24,000 nucleotides of DNA. It comes from an uncultured Alphaproteobacteria bacterium. GTDB taxonomy: Bacteria; Pseudomonadota; Alphaproteobacteria; Rhizobiales; Xanthobacteraceae. A program made the translations under genes and the position numbers. The stretch is taken from contig CAWBFG010000038.1 of the NCBI GenBank assembly GCA_963787955.1, positions 82,521 to 106,520 on the forward strand, in the 5' to 3' direction. Positions 17,016 to 24,000 of the stretch are shown piece after piece. The notes below the pieces were generated by a model. That model had not been told where the DNA came from and did no database searches. It was given only the letters and a program-made list of their open reading frames with translations. Position 1 is the stretch's first letter. The number at the start of each line of letters is the position of its first letter.

Positions 17016-18595
17016 TAACCCAGCGCGCAGCCGTCCTTGCGTGGCTCCGAGCCGCCGATCAGCACGCCGCGCTGCCAGTCGATGCGGATTGCCTGCGCGC
17101 CGCCCCACGGCGACGGTGCCACCGCGACGTTATGGCCGCGCGCCTTGAGCCCCTCCACGGTCGCCGCCGGCACGCCGCGCTCGATCACGGTGCTGTCGCC
17201 TTCGAAGAACGCGCGCGGCGCATCGATGGCGCTCTGCAGGTCCATGCCGTAGTCGAACATGTTGAGCATCATCTGGACGTGGCCCATCGGCTGGAAGTGC
17301 GCGCCCATCACGCCGAACGCCACGTCGCAGCGGCCGTCCTTCATCGCCAGCGCCGGGATGATGGTGTGCATCGGCCGCTTGCTCGGACCGAGCGCGTTGG
17401 GGTGACCCGGGTTGAGCACGAAGCCCGAGCCGCGGTTGTTGAACATCACCCCGGTCTTCTCGCTGCAGATCGCGGAGCCGAACGAGGAATAGAGCGAGTT
17501 GATGGACGACACCGCCTTGCGGTCGCGATCGACCACGGTGAGATAAACGGTGTCGCTGCCCGGCGTCGGCGCGGCCGGCAGCGACACGCGCTTGCCGGGA
17601 TTGATCTTCGCTGCGAGCTGTTTCGCGAACGCCTTGTCGTTCAGCGCCGCGGCCGACACGCGCATGTGCGACGGCTCGGCGATGTGAGTGTCGCGCACCG
17701 CAAATCCGAGCCGGGCCGCCTCCAGCATCAGATGGAAACGCTCGGGACCGAGCGCTTCCAGCTTGCCGAGCTCGAAGTGCTCCAGGATGTTGAGCATCAC
17801 CAGCGCGGTGAGCCCCTGGGCGTTGGGCGGAATCTCCACCAGGTCGACGCCGCGATAGTTGGTCGAAATCGGCGTCGGCGCCTCGCCGCGATGCCGCGCG
17901 AAGTCCTCGACGGTGAGCACCGAGCCCATGGCGGCGAGCGTCGCCACCATGTCTTCGGCGATCGGCCCTTCGTAGAACGCGCGCGGGCCATCCTTGGCGA
18001 TCGCCTTCAGCGTCGCGGCGAGCGCCGGCAATTTGACGATGTCGCCCTCCGTCGGCGCGCGGCCGTTCCGCAGGTAATGCCGCGTCGCGCCGGGGCTGTT
18101 GCCGAGCTTGCTGACCAGACCTTTCCAGTCGGCCGCGACGCGCGGCGCCACCGGAAAGCCATGCTCGGCGTAGCGGATGGCAGGCGCCAGCACGCGATCA
18201 AATGGCCAGCTGCCATGCGTCTTGAGAATTTCGCCCCAGGCCTCGATCGCGCCGGGCACGTTCACCGCATGCGGCGAGGTCGCCTCGATGCTGCGCATGC
18301 CTTTGGCCAGCAGCGCTTCGGTCGAAGCCTTCGCGCCGGCGCGGCCGCAGCCGTTGTAGCCCCACACCGGCCTGCCCGGATCGGCGATCAGGCAGAAGCA
18401 GTCGCCGCCGATCCCGGTCATGTGCGGCTCGATCACGCACAGCACCGCGACCGCGGTCACCGCCGCGTCGGCGGCGTTGCCGCCGGCGCGCAGCACGTCG
18501 AGTGCAGCCAGCGTGGCGAGCGGATGCGAGGTTGCCGCCATGCCCTCGCCGGCAATCACCTGCGAGCGGCCGGGCAGTTGGAAATCGCGAGCCAT
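17012..18595 (-). CDS. ggt: Gamma-glutamyltransferase family protein (no obvious signal peptide)
   Basis: The ORF is 527 aa. The N-terminus MAATSHPLATLAALDVLRAGGNAADAAVTA...HMTGIGGDCF is GGT-like. The autoprocessing/nucleophile region is GSDTVYLTVVD. The small-subunit block is KRPMHTIIPA...GVMGAHFQPMG. Confidence 0.9.
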   Translation of the reverse strand: MARDFQLPGRSQVIAGEGMAATSHPLATLAALDVLRAGGNAADAAVTAVAVLCVIEPHMTGIGGDCFCLIADPGRPVWGYNGCGRAGAKASTEALLAKGMRSIEATSPHAVNVPGAIEAWGEILKTHGSWPFDRVLAPAIRYAEHGFPVAPRVAADWKGLVSKLGNSPGATRHYLRNGRAPTEGDIVKLPALAATLKAIAKDGPRAFYEGPIAEDMVATLAAMGSVLTVEDFARHRGEAPTPISTNYRGVDLVEIPPNAQGLTALVMLNILEHFELGKLEALGPERFHLMLEAARLGFAVRDTHIAEPSHMRVSAAALNDKAFAKQLAAKINPGKRVSLPAAPTPGSDTVYLTVVDRDRKAVSSINSLYSSFGSAICSEKTGVMFNNRGSGFVLNPGHPNALGPSKRPMHTIIPALAMKDGRCDVAFGVMGAHFQPMGHVQMMLNMFDYGMDLQSAIDAPRAFFEGDSTVIERGVPAATVEGLKARGHNVAVAPSPWGGAQAIRIDWQRGVLIGGSEPRKDGCALGY

Positions 18596-18617
18596 CGGGA
18601 TTGCAGCTGCGGGTGCG

Positions 18618-19031
18618 TCAGGACGCGGCTTCGACGCGTTCGATCGTCATGTCGCGCTGCGCGGTGCGCAGCGTGACAATGAAGCCGCCGAGCACGTCCA
18701 CCAAACTGACCATCATCAGCAGGAAGAAGGTCGAGGTGCCGGCCTGCCGGACCAGGACGAACTCGAGCAGCATGACGATGAACAGCACCAGCGACAGGAT
18801 GTGATCGACGATCGAGCGGACGCCGATCTTGGTGGCCTTGAGGATCTCGAGCGGCAACAGGATGATCGCCAGGCCGAGCAGCATGTCCTCCGCCGTCACG
18901 CTCCAGGTCGCGCCCGATATCAGATGGACCGACGTGATCGTGTCGGTCCAGTTCACGCCGGGGGTGAGGAACACGATCATATTGTAGATCGCGAACGGGA
19001 TGACCAGCAGCGGAAAGCCGATCAGATACAT
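18618..19031 (-). CDS. Conserved small integral membrane protein (137 aa, about 4 TM helices)
   Basis: ATG at 19031 lies within track ORF 18618-19292. The translation is MYLIGFPLLVIPFAIYNMIVFLTPGVNW...LLEFVLVRQAGTSTFFLLMMVSLVDVLGGFIV. It is strongly hydrophobic and sits directly downstream of rpmF on the same strand. Confidence 0.75.
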   Translation of the reverse strand: MYLIGFPLLVIPFAIYNMIVFLTPGVNWTDTITSVHLISGATWSVTAEDMLLGLAIILLPLEILKATKIGVRSIVDHILSLVLFIVMLLEFVLVRQAGTSTFFLLMMVSLVDVLGGFIVTLRTAQRDMTIERVEAAS

Positions 19032-19072
19032 GGCAAGGGTCCCCCGGCTGTGTTGGCCCGAGACTTCCGGTC

Positions 19073-19258
19073 TTACAGGTCCGTCTTGGGCTTGAGCACC
19101 GCCCGGCCCTTGTACATGCCGGTCTTGAGATCGATGTGATGCGGACGCCGGCGCTCGCCGGAGTCCTTGTCCTCGATGTAGCTCGGCTGCTTCAGCGCGT
19201 CGGCCGAGCGGCGCATGCCGCGGCGGGACGGCGAGGTTTTTTTCTTGGGCACAGCCAT
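19073..19258 (-). CDS. rpmF: 50S ribosomal protein L32
   Basis: The translation is [61 protein letters not shown] (61 aa). The L32 signature is [15 protein letters not shown]. An AGGAGA SD sits 6 nt upstream of the ATG at 19258. Confidence 0.93.
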   Translation of the reverse strand: MAVPKKKTSPSRRGMRRSADALKQPSYIEDKDSGERRRPHHIDLKTGMYKGRAVLKPKTDL

Positions 19259-19363
19259 GGGGATTCTCCTGAAACGGCAGCGCCAAAGGCAAGGGCGCCA
19301 GAAATGCAAGGCCTGCGGGAAGCCGGGCTTATAGAGGAAGGGCGGCGCCCTGACCAGTGCCAA

Positions 19364-20098
19364 TCACCGGGCCCGCACGCAGCGGTCGAGGTCGCCTGCC
19401 GCCGCGGCGCGGCCCTGGATCCGGGTGGCGATGCGCCGCACCGCGGGTCCGGGCCGCTGCGCGTTGCGGCGGTGCGGATTGGGCAACACTGCGGTGAGCA
19501 GTGCGGCATCCCCCGCCGTCAGGTCGCGCGCCGACTTGCCGAACGCGCGACGCGCGCCCGCCTCGACGCCGTAGGTGCCGCCCGGCCCGAATTCAACCAC
19601 GTTGAGATAGATCTCCAGGACACGCCGCTTGGGCAGCACCAGATCGACCCACAGCGCCAGCGGGAATTCTAGCGCCTTGCGCACGAAGCTGCGGCCGCTC
19701 CAGAGGAACAGGTTCTTGGCGGTCTGCTGGGTGATGGTCGAGGCGCCCCGCGCGTCGCCGAGCTCGTCGGCCTCGTTGATCGCCGCCCGCAGCTCGCCCC
19801 AGTCGATGCCGCGGTGCGAGCAGAACTTGGCGTCCTCCGAGGCGATCACGGTCTTGGCCATCACAGGCGCGATGCGCTCCATCGGCACATAGATGCGCTC
19901 GACCTGCGCGCCTTTCATCCAGCGCCAGATCATCGCGGTCGAGACCGGATCGAAGATGCGATAGAGCGGCGCCAGCACGTAGGGCAGCAGCAACAGCCCG
20001 AGCAGCAGCACGACCAGCACCCGCGCGACGCGAAATACCAGACTGCGGCGCCGCGGCGCGGCGGCCTCGCGAGGCGGGTTGGTGCTGGCACTTGTCAC
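19364..20098 (-). CDS. mtgA: Monofunctional biosynthetic peptidoglycan transglycosylase
   Basis: The ORF is 244 aa with a GTG start at 20098. It has an N-terminal TM anchor (VLVVLLLGLLLLPYVL). GT51 motifs are present: IASEDAKFCSHRGID, GASTITQQTAKNLFL, KRRVLEIYLNVVEFG. Confidence 0.9.
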   Translation of the reverse strand: MTSASTNPPREAAAPRRRSLVFRVARVLVVLLLGLLLLPYVLAPLYRIFDPVSTAMIWRWMKGAQVERIYVPMERIAPVMAKTVIASEDAKFCSHRGIDWGELRAAINEADELGDARGASTITQQTAKNLFLWSGRSFVRKALEFPLALWVDLVLPKRRVLEIYLNVVEFGPGGTYGVEAGARRAFGKSARDLTAGDAALLTAVLPNPHRRNAQRPGPAVRRIATRIQGRAAAAGDLDRCVRAR

Positions 20099-20138
20099 GC
20101 CGCCAAGTTAAGCACAAATCTGCGACAGCGGCGGGACC

Positions 20139-20798
20139 ATGGCCAAGAGGGCAATGCCGGAACTCTGGATCATCCGCGTGGCGCGCGGCCACAAGCGGCT
20201 CTGGGTGGCCGTCGCGGTGGGGCTTGCCGTCCATGCGCTGTTTCCCGGGGAGTGGCCCCGCGTGACGCGCATGCTGATGGCATGGGACATTGCCGTGGCC
20301 GCCTATCTGATCTGGACCTTCGCCGCGATGGCCGGCACGCCGGCTGCGCAAATCCGCAGGCAATCGGCCGCGCAGGACGAAGGCGCCATCGCGCTGATGG
20401 TGCTCAGCATCGCCGCGGCGATGATAAGCCTGGGCGCGATCTTCTTCGAGCTTGCCGCCGGCAAGGAGGGTCCCGGTTTGTGGCCGCACGTGCGGGCGAT
20501 TGCCACCGTGATCCTGTCGTGGGCTTTCATCCACACCATCTTCGCGCTGCACTACGCGCACGATTTCTACGGCGCTGGCCAGCGCGCCCACGGACTGAAG
20601 TTTCCCGACGATGACAAGCCGGACTACTGGGACTTCGTCTATTTCTCGTTCGTGATCGGCATGACGTTCCAGGTGTCCGACGTGCAGGTGACCAACAAGT
20701 GGATCCGCCGCTCGGTGGTCGCCCACGGCGTGCTGTCGTTCTTTTTCACCACCACGGTGGTGGCGCTCACGGTGAACATGGCCGCCAATGCGATTTAG
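20139..20798 (+). CDS. DUF1345 domain-containing integral membrane protein
   Basis: The ORF is 219 aa and multi-TM. The conserved core is IHTIFALHYAHDFYG...GLKFPDDDKPDYWDFVYFSFVIGMTFQVSDVQV, as I recall for DUF1345. Confidence 0.85.
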   Translation: MAKRAMPELWIIRVARGHKRLWVAVAVGLAVHALFPGEWPRVTRMLMAWDIAVAAYLIWTFAAMAGTPAAQIRRQSAAQDEGAIALMVLSIAAAMISLGAIFFELAAGKEGPGLWPHVRAIATVILSWAFIHTIFALHYAHDFYGAGQRAHGLKFPDDDKPDYWDFVYFSFVIGMTFQVSDVQVTNKWIRRSVVAHGVLSFFFTTTVVALTVNMAANAI

Positions 20799-20820
20799 CA
20801 CGCACACTCCGTACTCTCCG

Positions 20821-20898
20821 GGTGAGGGGGACTCTCCATACGACGTCTTCGCGGATAGACGCCCCTCACCCCACCCTCTCCCCGCTAAAGCGGGGAGA
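20821..20898. repeat. REP-like intergenic palindromes
   Basis: GGTGAGGGG (20821-20829) pairs with CCCCTCACC (20862-20870). A hairpin TCTCCCCGC-TAAA-GCGGGGAGA follows at 20877-20898. The CTCCCCGC...GCGGGGAG motif is a common alphaproteobacterial intergenic repeat. Confidence 0.6.
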
Positions 20899-20924
20899 AG
20901 GAGTGAGAGAGGGTGCCTCCTCCC

Positions 20925-22529
20925 ATGACCGCCACCATCCAGACCCTGATGCTGCTGCTCGCGATCGGCGTCGCCGTCGCCGTGATCGCGCAGCGGCTCA
21001 ACCTCGCGCCGTCGATCCTGCTGGTGATCGCCGGCGTTGCGCTGGCGCTGGTCCCCGGCCTGCCGAACTTCGAGCTAGCGCCGGAGTTCGTGCTACTCGT
21101 CATCCTGCCGCCGCTGATCTATTCGGCCGGCGTGGCGATGAGCTGGCGCGAGTTCCGCTTCAACCTGCGGCCTATTGCGCTGCTGGCCTTCGGCTGCGTG
21201 GTGTTCACCACCTGCGCGGTCGCGGTGGCGATGCACACCCTGCTCGGCTGGCAATGGGGCGTCGCCTTCCTGCTCGGCGCCATCGTGGCGCCGCCGGACG
21301 TGATGGCGCCGCTCGCGATCGCGCGGCGGCTCGGCCTGCCGCGCCGGCTGGTGGTGGTGCTGGAGGGCGAAGGCCTCGCCAACGACGCCACCGCGCTGAT
21401 CCTCTATCGCTTCGCCGTCGCTGCGGTCGCGACCGGCGCATTCTCGCTCGGCACGGCCGCCGGCACGTTCGCGTTGATCGTGGTCGGCGAGATCGCCTGG
21501 GGCATCGGGGTCGGCTGGCTCGCGTTGCGGCTGCGTCACTGGGCGCACAACCCGCGCGTCGAGATCACGCTGTCGCTGATGACGCCGTACCTGGCCTATT
21601 GGGTGCCCGAGCATCTCGGCGGCTCCGGCGTGCTCGCCACCATGGTGGCCGGGCTTTACGTCTCCTGGAACGGTCCGCTGCTGATCTCGGCGTCGACCCG
21701 GCTGCAGGGCATCTTCTTCTGGGATCTGTTCATCTACGTGATCGAAAGCCTGGTGTTCCTGATCACCGGCCTGCAGGCCCGCACGCTCCTGGAGAAGGCG
21801 CAGTCGTTCTCGATCCGCGATCTCTTGGTCGCGACCGCGCTCACCACCGCCATCGTGATCGCGGCGCGTTTCGTCTGGATGTTTCCGGCTACCTACCTTC
21901 CGCGCTGGGCGAGCCCATCGCTACGCAAGCGGGACCCCTATCCGCCCTGGCAGAATCCCTTCTTCCTGGCGTTCACCGGCGTGCGCGGCGTGGTCTCGCT
22001 CGCGGCAGCGCTCGCCATTCCGCTTTCGACCGTCGGCGGCGAGGCGTTCCCGCAGCGCGACCTGATCCTGTTCGTTACCTTCGGCGTCATCATCGTCACG
22101 CTGGTCGGCCAGGGGCTCATGCTGCCGAGCGTGGTGCGCTGGCTGGGTCTCGCGGACCACGCCCGCGACGAGCAGCGCCGCGAGCGGGAGATCGAGATCG
22201 CGGCACGTGCCCAGGCGCTCGACGCCGCGCTGGCGCGCCTCGAAGCCATCGCCGCCGAGCGGCGATTGCCCGCCGACGCGCTGGAGCTGCTGCGCATCCG
22301 GCACGACCAGCGCATCCGGCAACTGCCCAAGACCACCGCCGATGGGCTCGATTTCACGCATCTGGGCACCGACTTGCGCATCGACCTGATCGATGTCGAG
22401 CGCCGCTTCCTTTATCAATTGCTGCGCGACGGCAAGCTGACCGACGAGGCGCGCCGCCGGATCGAACGCGAGCTTGATCTCGAAGAGGAAAGCATCGCCT
22501 GCAGGAAGGAAGGCGAGGCGCCGCTCTAG
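20925..22529 (+). CDS. Na+/H+ antiporter (CPA1 / NhaP-type) with C-terminal cytoplasmic regulatory tail
   Basis: ATG is at 20925 (the track ORF starts at GTG 20913). There are about 11-12 TM segments. CPA1 blocks are LILPPLIYSAG, APPDVMAPLAI and VLEGEGLANDATALILYRF. The C-terminal 120 aa are a charged coiled-coil-like tail. Confidence 0.9.
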   Translation: MTATIQTLMLLLAIGVAVAVIAQRLNLAPSILLVIAGVALALVPGLPNFELAPEFVLLVILPPLIYSAGVAMSWREFRFNLRPIALLAFGCVVFTTCAVAVAMHTLLGWQWGVAFLLGAIVAPPDVMAPLAIARRLGLPRRLVVVLEGEGLANDATALILYRFAVAAVATGAFSLGTAAGTFALIVVGEIAWGIGVGWLALRLRHWAHNPRVEITLSLMTPYLAYWVPEHLGGSGVLATMVAGLYVSWNGPLLISASTRLQGIFFWDLFIYVIESLVFLITGLQARTLLEKAQSFSIRDLLVATALTTAIVIAARFVWMFPATYLPRWASPSLRKRDPYPPWQNPFFLAFTGVRGVVSLAAALAIPLSTVGGEAFPQRDLILFVTFGVIIVTLVGQGLMLPSVVRWLGLADHARDEQRREREIEIAARAQALDAALARLEAIAAERRLPADALELLRIRHDQRIRQLPKTTADGLDFTHLGTDLRIDLIDVERRFLYQLLRDGKLTDEARRRIERELDLEEESIACRKEGEAPL

Positions 22530-22554
22530 CACGTGAACTCACAAACGCTCAGGC

Positions 22555-22583
22555 CATGTCCACTTTCGGGGGAAGCGCGGACA
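22555..22583. repeat. Palindromic unit ATGTCC-N-GCGGACAT (member of a recurring family)
   Basis: ATGTCCACTTTCGGGGGAAGCGCGGACAT lies 26 nt after the antiporter stop. Related copies or half-copies are at 1352-1365, 3381-3422, 6778-6792 and 23145-23173. Confidence 0.55.
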
Positions 22584-22705
22584 TCCCAATCCAAGGGCTA
22601 GTTTCGGCCTCTATCAAAGCACTCGTTTGAGCCGATACTATTTGCAGCGGCGCGGATCGTCGATCTGGTCGAGATCGTGGTCCAGCACCCAGGATGAGGA
22701 CAACC

Positions 22706-23116
22706 ATGCACGCACCTGACGACTACAAGGAATTGAAACTCAAGCTCGATGGCATGGTGCCGGCCGGACATGGTTTCCACCGTAACCTGCTGTTCGATGC
22801 GATGTATGCTTCGCTGCCGCGCGACTCTCAGGTGAAGGTTCAGATTTACAATGCCGAGATCGTGCCGGGCGGCTTCACCAACTGGCATTGTCACAATGGC
22901 GCTGCGTTCTTCGTCGCGCTGCAGGGCCAGTTCGAGGCACATTTTCAAGAAGGCGTGCTGGTCAAGGCCAAAGCCGGAGAATGCTATTCCGAACCGATCG
23001 CCAAATTTCACCGTGGGCATAACCCGCATCCCGATCTGCCCTATCTGTGCATCGGCCTGTGCTTCACCTCGCCGGATCGCGAACATGTAACCAATTCAGT
23101 CGAGCGCCCATGGTGA
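22706..23116 (+). CDS. Cupin domain protein (unknown function)
   Basis: GAGGA at 22696-22700 sits 5 nt before ATG 22706 (the track start is 22694). Cupin motif 1 is GGFTNWHCHNGAAFFVALQG and motif 2 is like GECYSEPIAKFHRGHN. GC is visibly lower than in neighbouring genes. The overlapping minus ORF 22598-23086 is rejected. Confidence 0.75.
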   Translation: MHAPDDYKELKLKLDGMVPAGHGFHRNLLFDAMYASLPRDSQVKVQIYNAEIVPGGFTNWHCHNGAAFFVALQGQFEAHFQEGVLVKAKAGECYSEPIAKFHRGHNPHPDLPYLCIGLCFTSPDREHVTNSVERPW

Positions 23117-23144
23117 CCTGTTGGTGCGCCAAGTCAGCTTGCGC

Positions 23145-23173
23145 ATGGCAGCTTTTGGCACAAAGCGGACATC
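23145..23173. repeat. Palindromic unit of the same ATGTCCGCTTT/AAAGCGGACAT family
   Basis: ATGGCAGCTTTTGGCACAAAGCGGACATC lies 29 nt after the cupin stop. It has the same orientation and layout as the unit at 22555-22583. Confidence 0.5.
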
Positions 23174-23304
23174 GGGCCGCAGCCATGTGGGCACCCTCCC
23201 CAACCCGGCCGGCCCGTGTATGATCTTGCCGGGGCGGGAGTGCGCGATGGCGCGTGCAACAACAACAAGAACTCCCTCCCGCAGCGTCATGTGGAGGAGA
23301 GCTC

Positions 23305-24000
23305 ATGAACAACGCGGATAGCAAAATTCAATTGTCGCGGCGTACGCTTTTGACCCGCTCGGCGGGCGCCGCACTTGGCCTGTCGAGCATCGGCACCATC
23401 GCCGCGCCCTACGTGGCGCGCGCCCAGGCGCTGACGCCGGTCAAGCTCACCATCCAGTTCTTCGCGCGTGGCGACTACGCACATGTCTACCTCGCCCGCG
23501 AGCGCGGCTACTACAAGGAGCACGGCCTCGATGTCACGTTCCAGCATGTGCTGGGCAATGCGCTGGCGCTGCAGGCGCTAACCGCCGGCAACGCCCAGCT
23601 CATCCACGCCGATCTGGTGCAGATGCTGCAGCTGCAGGGCAAGACTCCGGACCCGCACATGCGCGCGGTCGGCCTGATCTCCGACAAGCTCGCGCTGTCG
23701 CTGTTCTTCCAGAAGGGCAAAGGCATCGACAAGCCCAAGGACCTGGAGGGCCGCAGCATCGTCGACTCGCCGGGCTCCACCGCGCCGTTCATCTTCAATC
23801 TGTTCGCGCGCTCGAACGGCATCGACACCAGCAAGGTGACCTGGAAGAGCGCCGCCGCGACCGCAAAGGTCGCCATGATGCTGCAGAACCAGGCCGACTC
23901 GGTCGCGATCTATCTGCCCGCCAAGCCCGGCATCGAGTCGAAGCTTCCGCCGGGCCAGGAGATCAGCAATTTCACCTTTGGCGATTCCGTCGGCATCTAC
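23305..24000 (+). CDS. ABC transporter substrate-binding protein, NMT1/SsuA/TauA-like, Tat signal (partial, continues past the window end)
   Basis: It is absent from the ORF track because no stop falls inside the window. SD GGAGGAGA at 23293-23300 sits 4 nt before ATG 23305. The twin-arginine signal is MNNADSKIQLSRRTLLTRSAGAALGLSSIGTIAAPYVARAQA. The frame stays open for 232 codons to base 24000. The blocks KLTIQFFARGDYAHVYLARERGYYKEHGLDV and GRSIVDSPGSTAPFIF are typical of this binding-protein family. Confidence 0.85.
   Translation, partial: MNNADSKIQLSRRTLLTRSAGAALGLSSIGTIAAPYVARAQALTPVKLTIQFFARGDYAHVYLARERGYYKEHGLDVTFQHVLGNALALQALTAGNAQLIHADLVQMLQLQGKTPDPHMRAVGLISDKLALSLFFQKGKGIDKPKDLEGRSIVDSPGSTAPFIFNLFARSNGIDTSKVTWKSAAATAKVAMMLQNQADSVAIYLPAKPGIESKLPPGQEISNFTFGDSVGIY

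Noticed and set aside
17132-18676. 514-aa plus-strand ORF
   Set aside because: It is antisense to the gamma-glutamyltransferase gene and has no motifs.
19593-22477. ORFs 19593-20807 (-, 404 aa) and 20699-22477 (+, 592 aa)
   Set aside because: They are off-frame or antisense overlaps of mtgA, the DUF1345 gene and the Na+/H+ antiporter. Their products are extremely Arg/Gly/Ala/Pro-rich.
23117-23304. Possible TPP (thi-box) or other riboswitch upstream of the NMT1-like binding-protein gene
   Set aside because: I could not find the conserved CTGAGA / ACCTGATCTGGATAATGCCAGCG elements. The region is explained by a repeat unit plus a generic GC hairpin (GCGGGAG...CTCCCGC).

Overview
High-GC (about 65%) alphaproteobacterial chromosome segment. 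Gene content and repeat types suggest Bradyrhizobiaceae, which is an inference only. Supported genes, left to right: the 3' tail of a class-II aaRS-like gene (possibly epmA); a Bug/TctC-type solute-binding protein; a decayed transposase fragment carrying an apparently full-length group II intron with an intact RT/maturase ORF; a lower-GC patch with two small single-TM ORFs; rpoD; a second Bug-type binding protein; a KamA/EpmB-like radical-SAM aminomutase whose stop overlaps the start of a DUF985 cupin; phaB and phaA on the minus strand, with phaA split by a 1-nt frameshift; a 68-aa duplicate of the PhaR N-terminal domain directly upstream of full-length phaR; a REP-associated tyrosine transposase (RAYT) bracketed by inverted GTAG-REPs; a degenerate-GGDEF/EAL protein; an IS5-family transposase fossil; a gamma-glutamyltransferase; a small membrane protein; rpmF; mtgA; a DUF1345 membrane protein; a CPA1 Na+/H+ antiporter; a lower-GC cupin gene; and the 5' part of a Tat-signal ABC substrate-binding protein that runs off the window. 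I found no rRNA, tRNA or CRISPR array. Most long ORFs in the six-frame track that lie antisense to these genes are high-GC artefacts. I did not find a convincing multi-gene novel system such as a defence island. The most unusual items are: (1) the mini-PhaR/PhaR tandem, (2) the intron inserted exactly at a recurring ATGTCCGCTTT/AAAGCGGACAT palindromic unit, (3) the epmB-cupin coupling, (4) the low-GC patch of small membrane ORFs next to a somewhat atypical rpoD, and (5) the frameshifted phaA. All homology statements are from reading the translations and from memory. Nothing was searched.
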